A stretch of DNA of 64,000 nt from Callorhinchus milii. Lineage: Eukaryota. Positions 11,480 to 23,546 of this stretch are shown piece by piece; within the stretch, counting starts at the first letter, position 1; each line of letters starts with the position of its first letter. A model generated the notes under the pieces. The model did not search any database. It was given only the letters and a program-made list of their open reading frames with translations, and was not told where the DNA came from. Location of the stretch: assembly GCF_018977255.1 (NCBI RefSeq), contig NW_024704755.1, forward strand, positions 15,500,001 through 15,564,000, in the 5' to 3' direction. Made by a program: the position numbers and the translations under genes.

Positions 11480-12010
11480 GGTCTGTTTGCTCTGCACCTC
11501 TGAGGGATGGGAAAAACAGTGCAGCCGCACAAGGGAGGCGGTGATTGGGTCACAGAACCAGGTGCAGGTGAGAACATGAGCTGCAGAGTTCTGGATGATC
11601 TGCAGCTTGTGAATGGAAGAGAAGGGAAGTCCAACAAGCAGAGAATTGTCCTAATTGAACCTAGATGTGATGAAAGTGAGAATGAGGGTTTTGGTGGCCT
11701 GAGGCAGTGGTGAAGCCAGGTGATATTGCGGAGGTGGGGGAAGGCAGATCAAGTCATGGCACAGATGAGTTGGAGAAAGGACAGTAGAGGTTAAACAAGA
11801 TGTCATGGTTCCTGAATAACTCCTTGAGGTGGACTGTGTTTCCTTACGTTGTGATGCTGCAAGTCCTTGCATGCGGAGGTGCTGATAGGAGCCAATCAGG
11901 AGGACCTCGATGTTGTTGACGTTCAACTGTAGGAAGATGGCTCTCATACCTGCCTTGCCCTGCCTTGATTCAATTTCAACATTCATATGCTTGCAAGTCA
12001 TATTAAACCC
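11480..12010 (-). mobile_element. L2 LINE RT fragment
   Basis: FLQLNVNNIEVLLIGS-type L2 RT C-terminal motifs. Paralogues at about 26120-27010 and 50230-50775. Confidence 0.75.
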
Positions 12011-12686
12011 AGTTCAGCCAAAATTAAACCATGTTTGCTTCCTCCCTCCAAGGTCAGTCACTGGTTGGCATTTAGACATTCATCCAGGACATGATTTAGT
12101 CTGCGCTCGATGGATAACAGATAACACAAAATATCTGTAAACCTCTTAGTGAGCAGCACTATTAAGCATTAAATGTGTGAGAGCTCTGCTCCAACCCTCC
12201 TCTTCTTCTTGGGACCCATTCGTATCAACTGAGCGATGCCTGAAGCCTTGAGTGTATCAATAAACAACACCTTTAGGATGTGCGGAATGATATATCTGTT
12301 TGTTGTTACATAAGCAATGCAAATTGTGCACAGTATCTACAGCCACTTCACTACTCTTTGAGAAGCAATTAATAGAAAAGCTGCTAATAGATAGAACATG
12401 TTAAAATCAACTGGACTCTATTTTTAATCTCAGTGAGCGAATCTCTTGCAATGGTATTATTTATTGACATATTCAAATACAGCAGAACAATTAGGGTTTG
12501 ATCATTTAGTTGTTTCATGTTAGGTGTTTTCTTTTGCAGTTCAACAACATTTAAACAGTTCAACGCCCAGGCATCAACGTTTTCCGGCATTGTATTAATT
12601 GATCCACTTTTAAGGTTGCCCACACCAACTGTTTTTTTCACTAATGCTGAAGAGACAGAGTGACAATAGGAGACTGATTAATGCAA

Positions 12687-12698
12687 TTTATTTTTATT
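12687..12698 (-). terminator. Candidate poly(A) signal of gene A (tandem AATAAA)
   Basis: Two AATAAA on the minus strand about 330 nt after the stop; also present at 51085-51096 in the gene D 3'UTR. Confidence 0.35.
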
Positions 12699-13029
12699 GA
12701 AAGGCTGATTGAACACGTTACACGAAACAGAAGTTCCTAATTTGTATTCAGATTTTAGTTTCGTAGCATTTAAAGGGCAATTCAAATTTCTTAGTGAGGG
12801 GCACAAATGGTTACCTTTAAAAACTTTATCAGATTAGCACAAACATAGATATAGTAAGGAATTTTTTAAGCATTTTCCTAAAGACAGATCATGTAACAGA
12901 CTAATAAATGCAGTTATGGTTGAAACAGGTACAAAGAGCATTGCAGCACGAGACTAACATGGCATATCATTCAGTAAATTGGAAATCTACATCTAATATA
13001 CACCAATATCAGTTTCTGCGCCTGTTGTA

Positions 13030-14692
13030 TTACTTGGATTTCGTTTCCCTGCAGATAGCTGCTGCTGCTCCTCTGTGGTTTCTCACATGGAGCTCTGCAT
13101 ACTCTGTATCCTTAACAGAACTTTTAGGTTTTCCTGGTTTTTTGGACGGATGTAAATCCACAACAGCATACGTCAGATTGTTCCCGGCTGCCTTTTGTTT
13201 GGTCTGAAAACGCAATATTTGAGAAGTTAATTATATTAATTAGTTTTTCCTCAGTCTTTAGAAATCTCCTCGAATATTTGCCAATTATTATTTGCAGAAC
13301 CGCTTGCCCCATAGATGATTTGATAAGGGATTGCTCCTCACAGAACTGAGCTAAACAAAATCCAGTGGCAACAATTCTATTCCTTATTCGATTAGTTGTG
13401 CATTGACAGCAACCGTGGGGTGGGAAAGAAAAGTGAAAATCATCCAAGAAGCAGTTGTTCAAATGTTCTGGAGAGAATTGTTTTTTATTGTTGAACAGTG
13501 GCAGATTGCTGCCATTTCATAGACAAGGTCAGCGACACAGAGAGAAAAGATCACCACATGATTAACCACAGAGATATACAGACTCGTTTACAATAAACAC
13601 TGAAGTGAGATCCACTGTATAAAATGTAGCAAATGCTCAGATATACCTGGGCGTATACAGTCCTCTCGTCTTGTTTTTTAGGTCTGGGGATTTTCTTGCA
13701 ATGATTCAAATCCACTTTGGCATAAGTCACTGAGTCATTCTGTGCTCCCTGCAGTGTCTGTAAGATAGAAAGTGATAGATTGTTGGCTTCACTTGTCTGG
13801 AGATACCTGTATAAGTATTCACCAAATCACCTCGAGAATAAATGTTTTCTCCTACGTTTGAAATACTTAATATATAGCTTCCAAATATTTTACAGGTGAA
13901 AACCAACCTATGTATTAGTTGTTCATTGACATACATAAATATGGGATGTGAATTTCCATATGTAGGTGATATCCCAGTGCCTCATAGGTTGAGACGCACA
14001 ATACCTCGTCTCACACAAGAAAAGTAACTATTTGGCTATACAGTGGTGGATTGTCGCCATCATATCATAGCTCAGGAGAGAGCCAGAAAGTGAAGATTAG
14101 TGTACAAAGAAAGATTAACCACAAAAATGTAGAAACTATCTTGCAGTAATCACCATGTGAATCCCACTCTTTACCGAAGGAAGACAATTCAATTTGATAG
14201 AAAAGATTTCTGTTTGCAATTTATGTTTCTCAGATATACCTGGGCATACACAGTCCTCTCCTCTTGACTTTTAGGTCTTGGACTTTTCTTAGAACTTTTC
14301 AAATTCAATGTAACATATGCCACCGGCTCGTTCTCTGCTCCATGCTTCGTCTATAAAACAAAATGTGATCATAATAAGAAAAATGCATGACATTTATAAT
14401 GCGCCATTCAAGTCGGGATGACATCCTATGGCACTGATAGATTGTTGTCTTCACTGTTCTGGAAATTGTTGTGTATGTACTGATCTGAAAGCCCTTACGA
14501 ATAAATATTTTCACAGCAGTATATAATTTTTACATATAGATGCAGGTAGGGAACATAATTACATTTCTTAATATTGAACAATATGTTTTCATTTCAATCA
14601 TTCTGTTTTGATTTGAAACATCTGCTCAAATGAATTTAATACATCTACCTGTTCTTCGCAATGACCCGATCTTTTCTGGTTTCTGCGTGAGC
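13030..14692 (-). CDS. Gene A cytoplasmic exons (44, 111, 111 and 174 nt)
   Basis: GSRRNQKRSGHCEEQ / [37 protein letters not shown] / [37 protein letters not shown] / TKQKAAGNNLTYAVVDLHPSKKPGKPKSSVKDTEYAELHVRNHRGAAAAICRETKSK*. Confidence 0.8.
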
Positions 14693-17600
14693 CTGAGAAA
14701 GAATTTCAATAAATGAAGCATTCAGTCAATTTCCAAGTGAATCACATGATTTCAAATTCCTAACCCATTCCCTCCACCACACCCCTTCTCTTATTCCTTC
14801 AAACGTATTGCCATCCACTGCTCTACACATTGGATCTGCCGCCGCTCTCTGGAGCACCGTCACTGAGTAATAATAATTATAATCCTTGCATTTCATATAG
14901 CGCTTTTCACGTCTTCTAGATGTCTCACAGCACTTCACAGAATATACTGTAAGGTGAATTGACTGTATATTTTGTGGTCGAAACGCGGCAGCCGATTGCG
15001 CAGCAGTGTCCCACAAACAGTCATGGATTGAAGTGCCCAACGTATTTTTGTTTTTTTCCTTCAGGGATTATTATCAGGCGTGTGAAGTAAGGAAACTTGC
15101 CCAAGGTTTTACCCTGCCAGGAATCGAACCTATGTCTCTTGTTTGCGAGGCATGTGCTCTAACCACTGAGCTACAGGACTCCAATCGGAGTAACTCCGAT
15201 TCCCTCTTTGCAGTGCTTCCTTCAAATTGTTGATGGAAACACTGAGAGCACACATTAATTGCGATATGGACGTATTGTTTAGATGAAAAAACGTTGGTTA
15301 GACCAATTAGAATCCAGGATTGTTTAACCCATGTCGGAAAGATGTCAAGGATTGAATGGGGTGCAAAAGAGATTTACCAGATCATACCAGGAAGGTTGGT
15401 GTGACCTACGTGCAGAGAGCAGAGCAACAGGGAATTTTCTCATTGGATTACAAAAGTTTGAGTGGTGACTCGATGGAGGTTTGGAAAATTATGATGGGTT
15501 TTGATAGCATCAATGGAGAATTTATTTCCATTGGTAGGTGATTTAGTGACAAGAAAGAAATGGCTAAGATAGCTATAAAATGGGAAACAGTGGGGGGTAA
15601 GGAGATTTCTTTTCCACACACAGAGAATTCAGGATATCCTGTTGAGTGTGATGTTGAGGCAAAATGTGCATTCACTTTCAAAAGGCTTCTTGAAGAAATA
15701 ACCTATATTGGGTTAACTGGAAGGGTAATGTAGAAAAACAGGGAAAGTGGGACTGAAAGCATTGCTCTTGAAAGGTTAGCACAGACACTATGGACGGAAT
15801 GTGACTTTATGCAGAGCATAGTTTTGCACTGCAAATTTATATCATTCTATTGAGGTCAAATTGTGCGTCCACTTTCTAGTTTCAGAGGTCTTTCCTGTAC
15901 CTATAACCCAATTCCACCACCAGGCGGAGTGCAGATCCAAGCAGTGTCAATCATATTGGGGCTTCCACAAGACATGAACAGAGCTATATAAATGTGAATT
16001 TATACTGTACCATTAAATGTTTCCCTATTTCCCTATGTTAAGTATTTCCCTTACTCCTTTGTTTCCCAATTTATAAAAGAATATGAAGATCTTTGAACAT
16101 ATTCCAGGAATATCTTGAAATTCTTATGCAATCAATTTATTGTTGAGAAATCATGTTTTACCATATTGGGAACAGAATCCTAAGGGTTTTACCATCGCAT
16201 TTCTGCTGATACCTGATGCTTCTCTCCAATTAAATACAAAATCTGGATTTTGGTATATCGGGCAAAATTTCTAACTTTGTGGACGATACAAAAGGGCAAC
16301 AGTTTGAAGATGATTTTAATTTCATTGAAGAGATGTAACAACGACAACAACAAGAACAAAATTACATTTGTAAAGCGCCATTGATGTGGGGAGGACGTCC
16401 CAACGCACAGAACAGTCAGGGATCAGGACCCGCGTGTGAGGGGTGGAGTTAGGATGAGGGAGGGAGAAGGGGTAGGAGGGCAGAAGGCTCAAAAGTGTAT
16501 TGAGTCAGGCCTTGAAGGAGGCAAGAGAGGGAGCAAGGAGAAGGTATTGCGGGATGGAGTTCCATAGAGTGGGGATAGCGAGTCTGAAAGCCCGGTCTCC
16601 GATGGTAAGGCAGGTTGGGTGGGAGACCTGGAGTAGACCAGAGCCTGCTGAGTGGAGACAGCGAATAGGCTTATAGGGCGTCAGCAGGTCAGAGATGTAG
16701 GAGTGGGCCATGGAGGGCCTTGATAGTAAGGCAGAGGATTTTGAATTCTATCTTCTGGGGCCAGTCAAGAGTGCGGGTGATGGGGTCACAGAACCTGGTG
16801 CAGGAGAGGACATGAGCTACAGAGTTCTGGATGGTCCACTGCTTGTGAGGGGCTGTTGACAACGAGGAACTAGAAGATTGCAGAGAGAAGACAGAGAGAT
16901 GGCAGAGGAATTAAATGCAGGAAACTGGGCATTTGGGGATGTGTTCTAATGGTCTAACAGGATGCTGCGGTTGAAAATGGCCCAAACAGAATCTGCATTT
17001 TCTAGAATAATATATTTTCTAGAACTAATTAATTGCAACAGAAAGCTGAAAAAAACAGGTGAATTCTTTAAGGAGTGGACAGAGATACAATGTGCTGAAT
17101 GGCCTTCTTTGATGTAAATTTCTGTAGTTCAATCACAACAGATTTCTTTGATTCTTTGAGACGTGAAGCTAAATGTATACAGTGCGAGTTTCTGTGAGGA
17201 CATTTGCAATTGTGAATCAATCGCAACCTATTAATCATTTGCACAGCTTTACAGGAAGTCAAGATTCCTCTGGTTGTGACCCGGGATCCTCTAAACTATG
17301 AAATAAACTTCATTTAAATTAAACATTTACAACTAAACTAAATAGAATCGGAATATATCTTACCTTTCCTTTTGTTTAATTGACATAGTTTCCCAATTAT
17401 GATCAAAAGCAGTAGAAATGCCAGCCCTCCCCCTGCACATCCACCGATCAGTTTGTGAAGGTGTTGAGAACCACTCCCTACAAGAACAACATAAATTGAC
17501 AGCGTTTGTGAACCCAGCAATGAGTTACAGCTTGATTATCTACACAGTGCATCAGATCAGAGATGTTTACGAGCATGTTTTAATTGAAAAAAACCTGAAA

Positions 17601-20600
17601 AGTATCCTGTCAGGTCCGTTGCTCTAATGGTCAAAAATCAGCCAGTGGAATGGCCACTGGTGGTGGCCGGGGTATGGGAAGGTGGGTGGGGTGGTGGGGG
17701 TTGAATTCCTCCAGCGAGACAAAGCTCATCCCATTCCAGATACAAATAAGTTCGAGGTGGACTCCATTATGATCAATCATATTTTAATTTGATATATTAT
17801 CGTGTGGAAATGCCTTAAAAGCACATCACACAATGATTCTATTACAGTGTATTAACTGTTGATATATAGGCAAAGGCGACAGCTAATCTGCGCCATGAAT
17901 TGCTAGTTACAGTAATTGCTAGTTAGGTAATTGCTAGTTAGGTAATTGCAGGTTACCTAATGACCAAAATGTGATAACCAATTTGAAGGGAAGTATACAA
18001 TATTCCATACAATAAGAACAAAGTAGGATATCCTGCAATTTAAAATATACTTATGATTCCCTCAGTTATGATTGAGCAGAGTCTAAACTTGATGAGTTGC
18101 CAAATAGAATATAAAAAAGTAAGAGACTAAAGAGAAAATTCAAAGAACGACATGTGAAGTTGAATATTATTTTACAACTATTTCTATGGAGTATTCTTCA
18201 AGTAAACTACATCATTATAATCTTCTGTGTAAATAAATGGAAATTATCTTCGAATAACAATTTAGTTAACAATTGTTTTCAGCAAATTACCTTTGGATTT
18301 AGCAGCATTGTAGACGGCAACCGCTGGAGTCTGGAGGGTGACGTGAGTTACCAGACAGGTATAAACAACACCGCTCTGCACGGTCTTTGGCTCTTCCAAA
18401 GAGCTCGAAACTTTGTAAAGTCCCTTCGAATTATTTTCTTTCATGAAATGTATCCCAGTTTTAACTTCACTGCCGTCTTTATTCCAGGTGAGCGTGACAT
18501 CTCCCGGGTAAAACTCACCCGTTTCACACACAAGAGTCAGAGACTTTGATGGATGTATTTCAGAATCTGTGGGGAATATCTTCAGTGGGGTTGGGGGGAC
18601 TGTAGGGCAGACAGTGGGGCAGAATCACGTTATTTGCTCTGCCACCATTCTGGAGCAACAACAACCTGCATTTATGTAGCACCTTTGCGCAGATAGTGAC
18701 CTTACATACAGATTTAAATGGAGATTTCACTGTGAATAAGGATATAAGCAAAAGCTCCCCATTCACACCAAAATTCATTTTCTTCCACTATTTTTCTTTA
18801 AGCTGTATAAGTTTCCAACTGATTTACAACAGTTACTATAGCTACTTGTGAGCCGTTCCATTCTGTTTGTGGGACATAGCTGCGAGTAAAACAGATTTAT
18901 GAGAGTAATACTTGCATCTGATTTAACATCTTAGACGTTGTTAACGTGTCTCAAATCGCTGAACATAATACAATGAAATTATGTATTAGTGGAACAAATT
19001 CAGTAAAAAGTATGTAAATCAGAAAATTGTAATTGCCTGGACAGTAGTCGCAAGCGATTCTGATGAATAATCCTAATAATAATTATTATCTTCGAGGGAG
19101 CTTCTCATGCCGTGAGGACAGTCTGAAAGCATTTCACGGGATTCACTGTAAATTAGGGCGATTTGCATTTTCGTAGGTCAACACAACAGCCAGTTTTCCA
19201 CACAGCAATGTACCACAAATAGATATGAAGTGAATAATCAAATTTAACTGATGGATTCATGGGCCAGAACATAGCGAGGAAGAAGGTCTCTTCTGTTTTC
19301 GAGTAGTAGCACAGGATATTTAATAACTGTAGGATTCTGCCATTAATGTGTTAAATAATATCTGAAATTATATTTGTGATGTTTATGTATTTGAAACATA
19401 TAATCAATCCCCTATTAGGGAAGCTGTTTTTGCTTCGAAGAAGATTCTTTCTCAAACAGGAGAAACAAAAGACTTTATAAACAACAAACTCTTTTCATTT
19501 TTTATCAGTCATTTTCTCATGGAAAACATGGTCTGCAGCTGGAGAGATCTCTGTTGCATTTGATTACACAAGGAACCATCTTACAAAAGTCAATAGATGA
19601 AAGGTCATCTGATCAACAGTATAATTGGGGATCGATTCGAAAGAAAATTGGAACTTGGAGTCCGAAACATATTCCATCTTCTAATGAAGGAAGAACAAGA
19701 CGACGAGTTAAACAACTCTAAACATACAATAATACTTGGATACTTTTGGGGTGATATCGAACTGGAAACTGTACAACAATACTTGGATACTTTTTGATGG
19801 ACAAATATTTGGATTGAAATGGTCAATAAATTGAAAATTGCTCCTCTATCTCTCCCGCAGCATTTGGTTGGGTCAACCTATATCTTTATCAGCTGCATTA
19901 TACGAGGAAACATAAGCATAATTGGATGTATTTTTAATTACTTATTAACATTATTAATCTGAATTAATAAAGATTGAATAATTGTACAACATTTGTGTCA
20001 GTCCTTACTGCACCGCAGTATTGAATTTAAAGGAACCCTCACATATCCACCTGAACAACTAGAAGGGACTCGGTTTAACTTCTCATCCAAATAGCGGGAA
20101 GACACATATCGATCCTCAAGCACTGCATTGAATTGTCAGCCGCCGTGGGACAATTTCTGTAACTTTGATCACGATACAAACAAACACCAGATAGAGTAAA
20201 GTTCTAGTTACGGTGATGTGGAGGGATATCAAGGTCTGAAACATTGCTTAACGCAATTATTCAGCAACTCAACTTCCCACTTTGTTGTATTTGATAAATT
20301 GCCGCTTCAGATCATTACAATAGCGAAGGGGCAAAACTTTGGTTGAATAGTATTCTGTTGTTCAATGTTTTTCATATTGATATCAAACCTGTCCTGTGTG
20401 CTGTTCAATCATAAATTTGTATGAGAGTAGAGAATTAGACAAATAATTTACTTATATCGTTTTCACAATATGGCAATACTCACCTTTCAGCATTCTCTGT
20501 TACTATGGTATTCACACTTACCATGTACAGTTAAACGTGATCCAGTTCCTTTTCCTGCTATTTTTTCCTGACGCTTCACTGCACAAAGATAGACTCCCGA

Positions 20601-21075
20601 GTCTTGAAAATTCACGTTTAGGAGGTGGAATGATTTGGACTCAAATATTTTCCTGTTGTCAGGTTTTGTATTCAGGAATCCACTCTCTCCTTGTTTCCAC
20701 CAGTAAAGTTCTGTATTTGAATTGTGTTGATTTCTGGCAGTCTCACAGGAGAATGTACCATTTTCACCTTGGATTACTGTGAGTTCTGCAGGATATTGGA
20801 TCACTTTCACTGATGCATCACCAGCAACTGTCAGGAAATGAATTAACCAATAATTACTGATTATAGAGAGGAATAAAAGCGACAAAACAAACGGAGAGAG
20901 GGAGAGAAAGGTGGGAGATAGTTAGAGGAAAAGAAAGACAAACGTATTAACAATACACATTTTGAAACTCTTCACTTCTGTCGTTTTGTATTTAGACTGA
21001 GCTTTAGTACAATTCCATACCTGTGGCAATAATCCCCATTAGAGAAAGATAGGGAATAGCATCACTCGCCATCAT
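13030..21075 (-). CDS. Gene A: complete VJ-C1-TM receptor with a six-tyrosine ITIM tail, 407 aa
   Basis: Exons 21075-21021, 20827-20522, 18599-18291, 17477-17364, 14692-14649, 14350-14240, 13757-13647, 13203-13030 sum to 1224 nt, open, with consistent phases. ITIMs VAYVTL, VTYAKV, LTYAVV, plus TVYAQ twice and TEYAEL. Confidence 0.88.
14871..15183 (-). mobile_element. tRNA(Ala)-derived SINE
   Basis: Same family, full head and tail. Confidence 0.8.
16340..16850 (-). mobile_element. Older L2 3' fragment
   Basis: [22 protein letters not shown] motifs (ORF 16505..16711). Paralogue at 56521-57030. Confidence 0.75.
17364..17477 (-). CDS. Gene A stalk/transmembrane exon
   Basis: 114 nt; [20 protein letters not shown] followed by basic KLCQLNKRK; cttgtag acceptor, gtaag donor. 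Confidence 0.85.
17898..17957. repeat. Short tandem repeat, unit about 15 nt (AATTGCTAGTTAGGT), about 4 copies
   Basis: Read directly in the gene A C1-TM intron; a single copy occurs at the paralogous site near 58495. Confidence 0.75.
18291..18599 (-). CDS. Gene A C1-set exon
   Basis: 309 nt; CETGEFYPGDVTLTWNKDG..YTCLVTH; ORF 18262..18531. Confidence 0.9.
20522..20827 (-). CDS. Gene A V(J) exon
   Basis: 306 nt, same splice sites and motifs as Z; ORF 20487..20885. Confidence 0.9.
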
Positions 21076-22251
21076 CGTGATCAGTTGTTGAGACTCACCC
21101 TGAACCAGTTGTTGGTGTAACAAACATTTGCTGACTGTTTAATATGAAATATCTCGCAGTGTCATTCGACTTCCTGTGTCAGTGGTTCAGAAATCAGTTG
21201 GATGTGATTGGCAAAGAAAGTTCTGCCTTTCAATAATAAGTGGAATCACTCCTTAGATCGGCAGGAAAAAAGAGGATTAATTATTGCTATTTTCCGTGTC
21301 TTTTTCTGCGTATTGCATTATTTCTTACTTTTCGTAGGAAACATTCACGTTTATAATAATAAACTATAAGAAAATAAAGTTAAAATGAAGATCTAAGGAA
21401 ACGTCATTTTCTTCAGTTTAATGATAATAATCCTTGCATTTGATTTAGCGCCTTATCACGTCGTATATACCATAAAGTTAATTGGCTGTTCATTTAGTGG
21501 TGAAACTTGAATAAAGCAAAAAATAATTTATTGTAGTCTAAAAGTTAAATTAGAATCACGTTTAACATCATTTTTAGTTTACATCACGAAAATCTGCCGA
21601 ATTGTGTGAAAGGACACAGAGTGCACCGATTGATCTTTAACCCAAACGCAAAGATTGGATTAATTTAAAGTTATGAGAAAATGTACAAAATTTCTTCTGG
21701 AACCTGAGCAGTTAATCATTGAATGCATCACCATGTTCAATCTTTTCACATTTTATTTACTGCAATTCAGAATCATGAAAACAAATCTGGTGATTTCAGT
21801 AACAATACATAATGCATCAGGTTAAGACAATATTTAATAAACATTTCATGATAGATATGACAGAAATAAAATATAACAATCACGTGAAAAGCTTCTCTCT
21901 ATAAACACAGCCAAATATGTAGCTCACGATGAGTGGTCCAGGCGAATTAAAGAAATAACTAAATGCTAAAAATAATAACGATTCAACTGATAATAATATC
22001 GTAACCGTTGGTTATAAGAATAACCCTTTACACAACGTTGTTTTTGTGAAAGCGCTTCACACGATCGGTTGCTTGTGTTTTAGGTGAAGTTGGCATGTTA
22101 TTTCCAAACAACAATGTCCCATCAACAGCTGTGAAATAAATGACCAATTTTCTTTGGGGAATTGTTGGTCAAGATACCCAAAGAACCGCTTTCATTTTAG
22201 GAGCAATGCTATTAAGTTTACAACAGGCAGCGCGGAACTCGCTTCAACTTC

Positions 22252-22702
22252 TCATTTTACAGATAAGAACAACTTGGCGATATATATTTCTATAGCGGCC
22301 AGGAATCCACTCTCTCCTTGTTTCCACCAGTAACGTTCTGTGTTTGAATTGTGTTGATTTCTGGCAGTCTTGCAGCGGAATGTAACGTTTTCACCTTGGA
22401 TTACTGTGACTTCTGGAGGATATTGGATCACTTTCACTGATGCATCACCAGCAACTGTCAGGAAATGAATTAACCAATAATTACTGATTATAGAGAGGAA
22501 TAGAAGTGACAAAACAAACGGAGAGAGGGAGAGAAAGGTGGGAGATAGTTAGAGGAAAAGAAAGACGAACGTATTAACTATACACATTTTGAAACTCTTC
22601 ACCTCTATCGTTTTGTATTTAGACTGAGCTTTAGTACAATTCCATACCTGTGGCAATAATCCCCATTAGAGAAAGGTAGGGAATAGCATCACTCGCCATC
22701 AT
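22252..22702 (-). pseudogene. Duplicated leader + 5' half of a V exon
   Basis: Intact leader 22702-22648 and acceptor at 22454. V homology stops at GESGFL (22300) and reads into SINE sequence to a stop at 22252. Confidence 0.85.
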
Positions 22703-23192
22703 CGTGATCGGTTGTTGAGACTCACCCTGAACCAGTTCTTGGTGTAACAAACATTTGCTGACTGTTTACCATGAAATATCTCGCAGTGTCTTTTGACTTC
22801 CTGTGTCTGTTGTTCAGAGATTAGTTGGATGTGATTGGCAAAGAAAGTTGTGCCTTTCAATGATAAGTGGAATCACTGCTCAGATCGGCAGGAGATGGCA
22901 GGGTTAGATATTATGATTGAATGTGGGTTTTTTCTGCGATTTGAATTATTTTTTACTTTTCATAGAAAACATTCAAACTTATTAATAAATAACTGTATGA
23001 CAATGAACTGAAATACAGAGTTAAGAAAATGACTTAGTTTTCAGTTTAATCATAACAGTAATCCTTGCCTTTGATATAGCGCCTCATCACATCGTTGAGA
23101 CGTCTCAAAACGCTTCACAGAATACACTGTAAAGTTAATTGACTGTTGCTTTTGTGAGCGATAAGTTACTTAAAAAAATTGTTTTACCCTAA

Positions 23193-23546
23193 AACAACAA
23201 CAACAACAACAAGATTCCATTTATAAAGCGCCTTTCACGTCAGGAGGACGTCCCAAGGCGCTGCACAGTTGGGTCATGACCCGAGCATGGGGGAAATGGT
23301 CAGGGTGAGGGGAGGGAAGGGAGGGAGCGAGCAGGGGGAAATGGTCAGGGTGAGGGGAGGGAAGGGAGGAGCGAGGAGGGGGAAGAGAGTCGAGAGGGGA
23401 GCTGAAGGCTCGGTCAAAGAGAAAGGTTTTGAGACCGGCCTTGAAGGAGGAAAGGGAGGAGGCGGCGAAGGCACTGGGGGATGGAGTTCCAGAGCCTGGG
23501 GGCTGAGAGGCTGAAGGCCCGACCACCGATGGTAGGGCGGTTGGGG
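23193..23546 (-). mobile_element. Young 5'-truncated L2 element
   Basis: Near-identical to the copies at 11.1, 33.0, 52.0 and 55.4 kb; (AAC)n on the plus strand. Confidence 0.85.

Noticed and set aside
14235-14257. Perfect ITSM TVYAQV
   Set aside because: The Val comes from the GT donor of a phase-0 intron. After splicing the motif is TVYAQT, so it counts only as ITSM-like.
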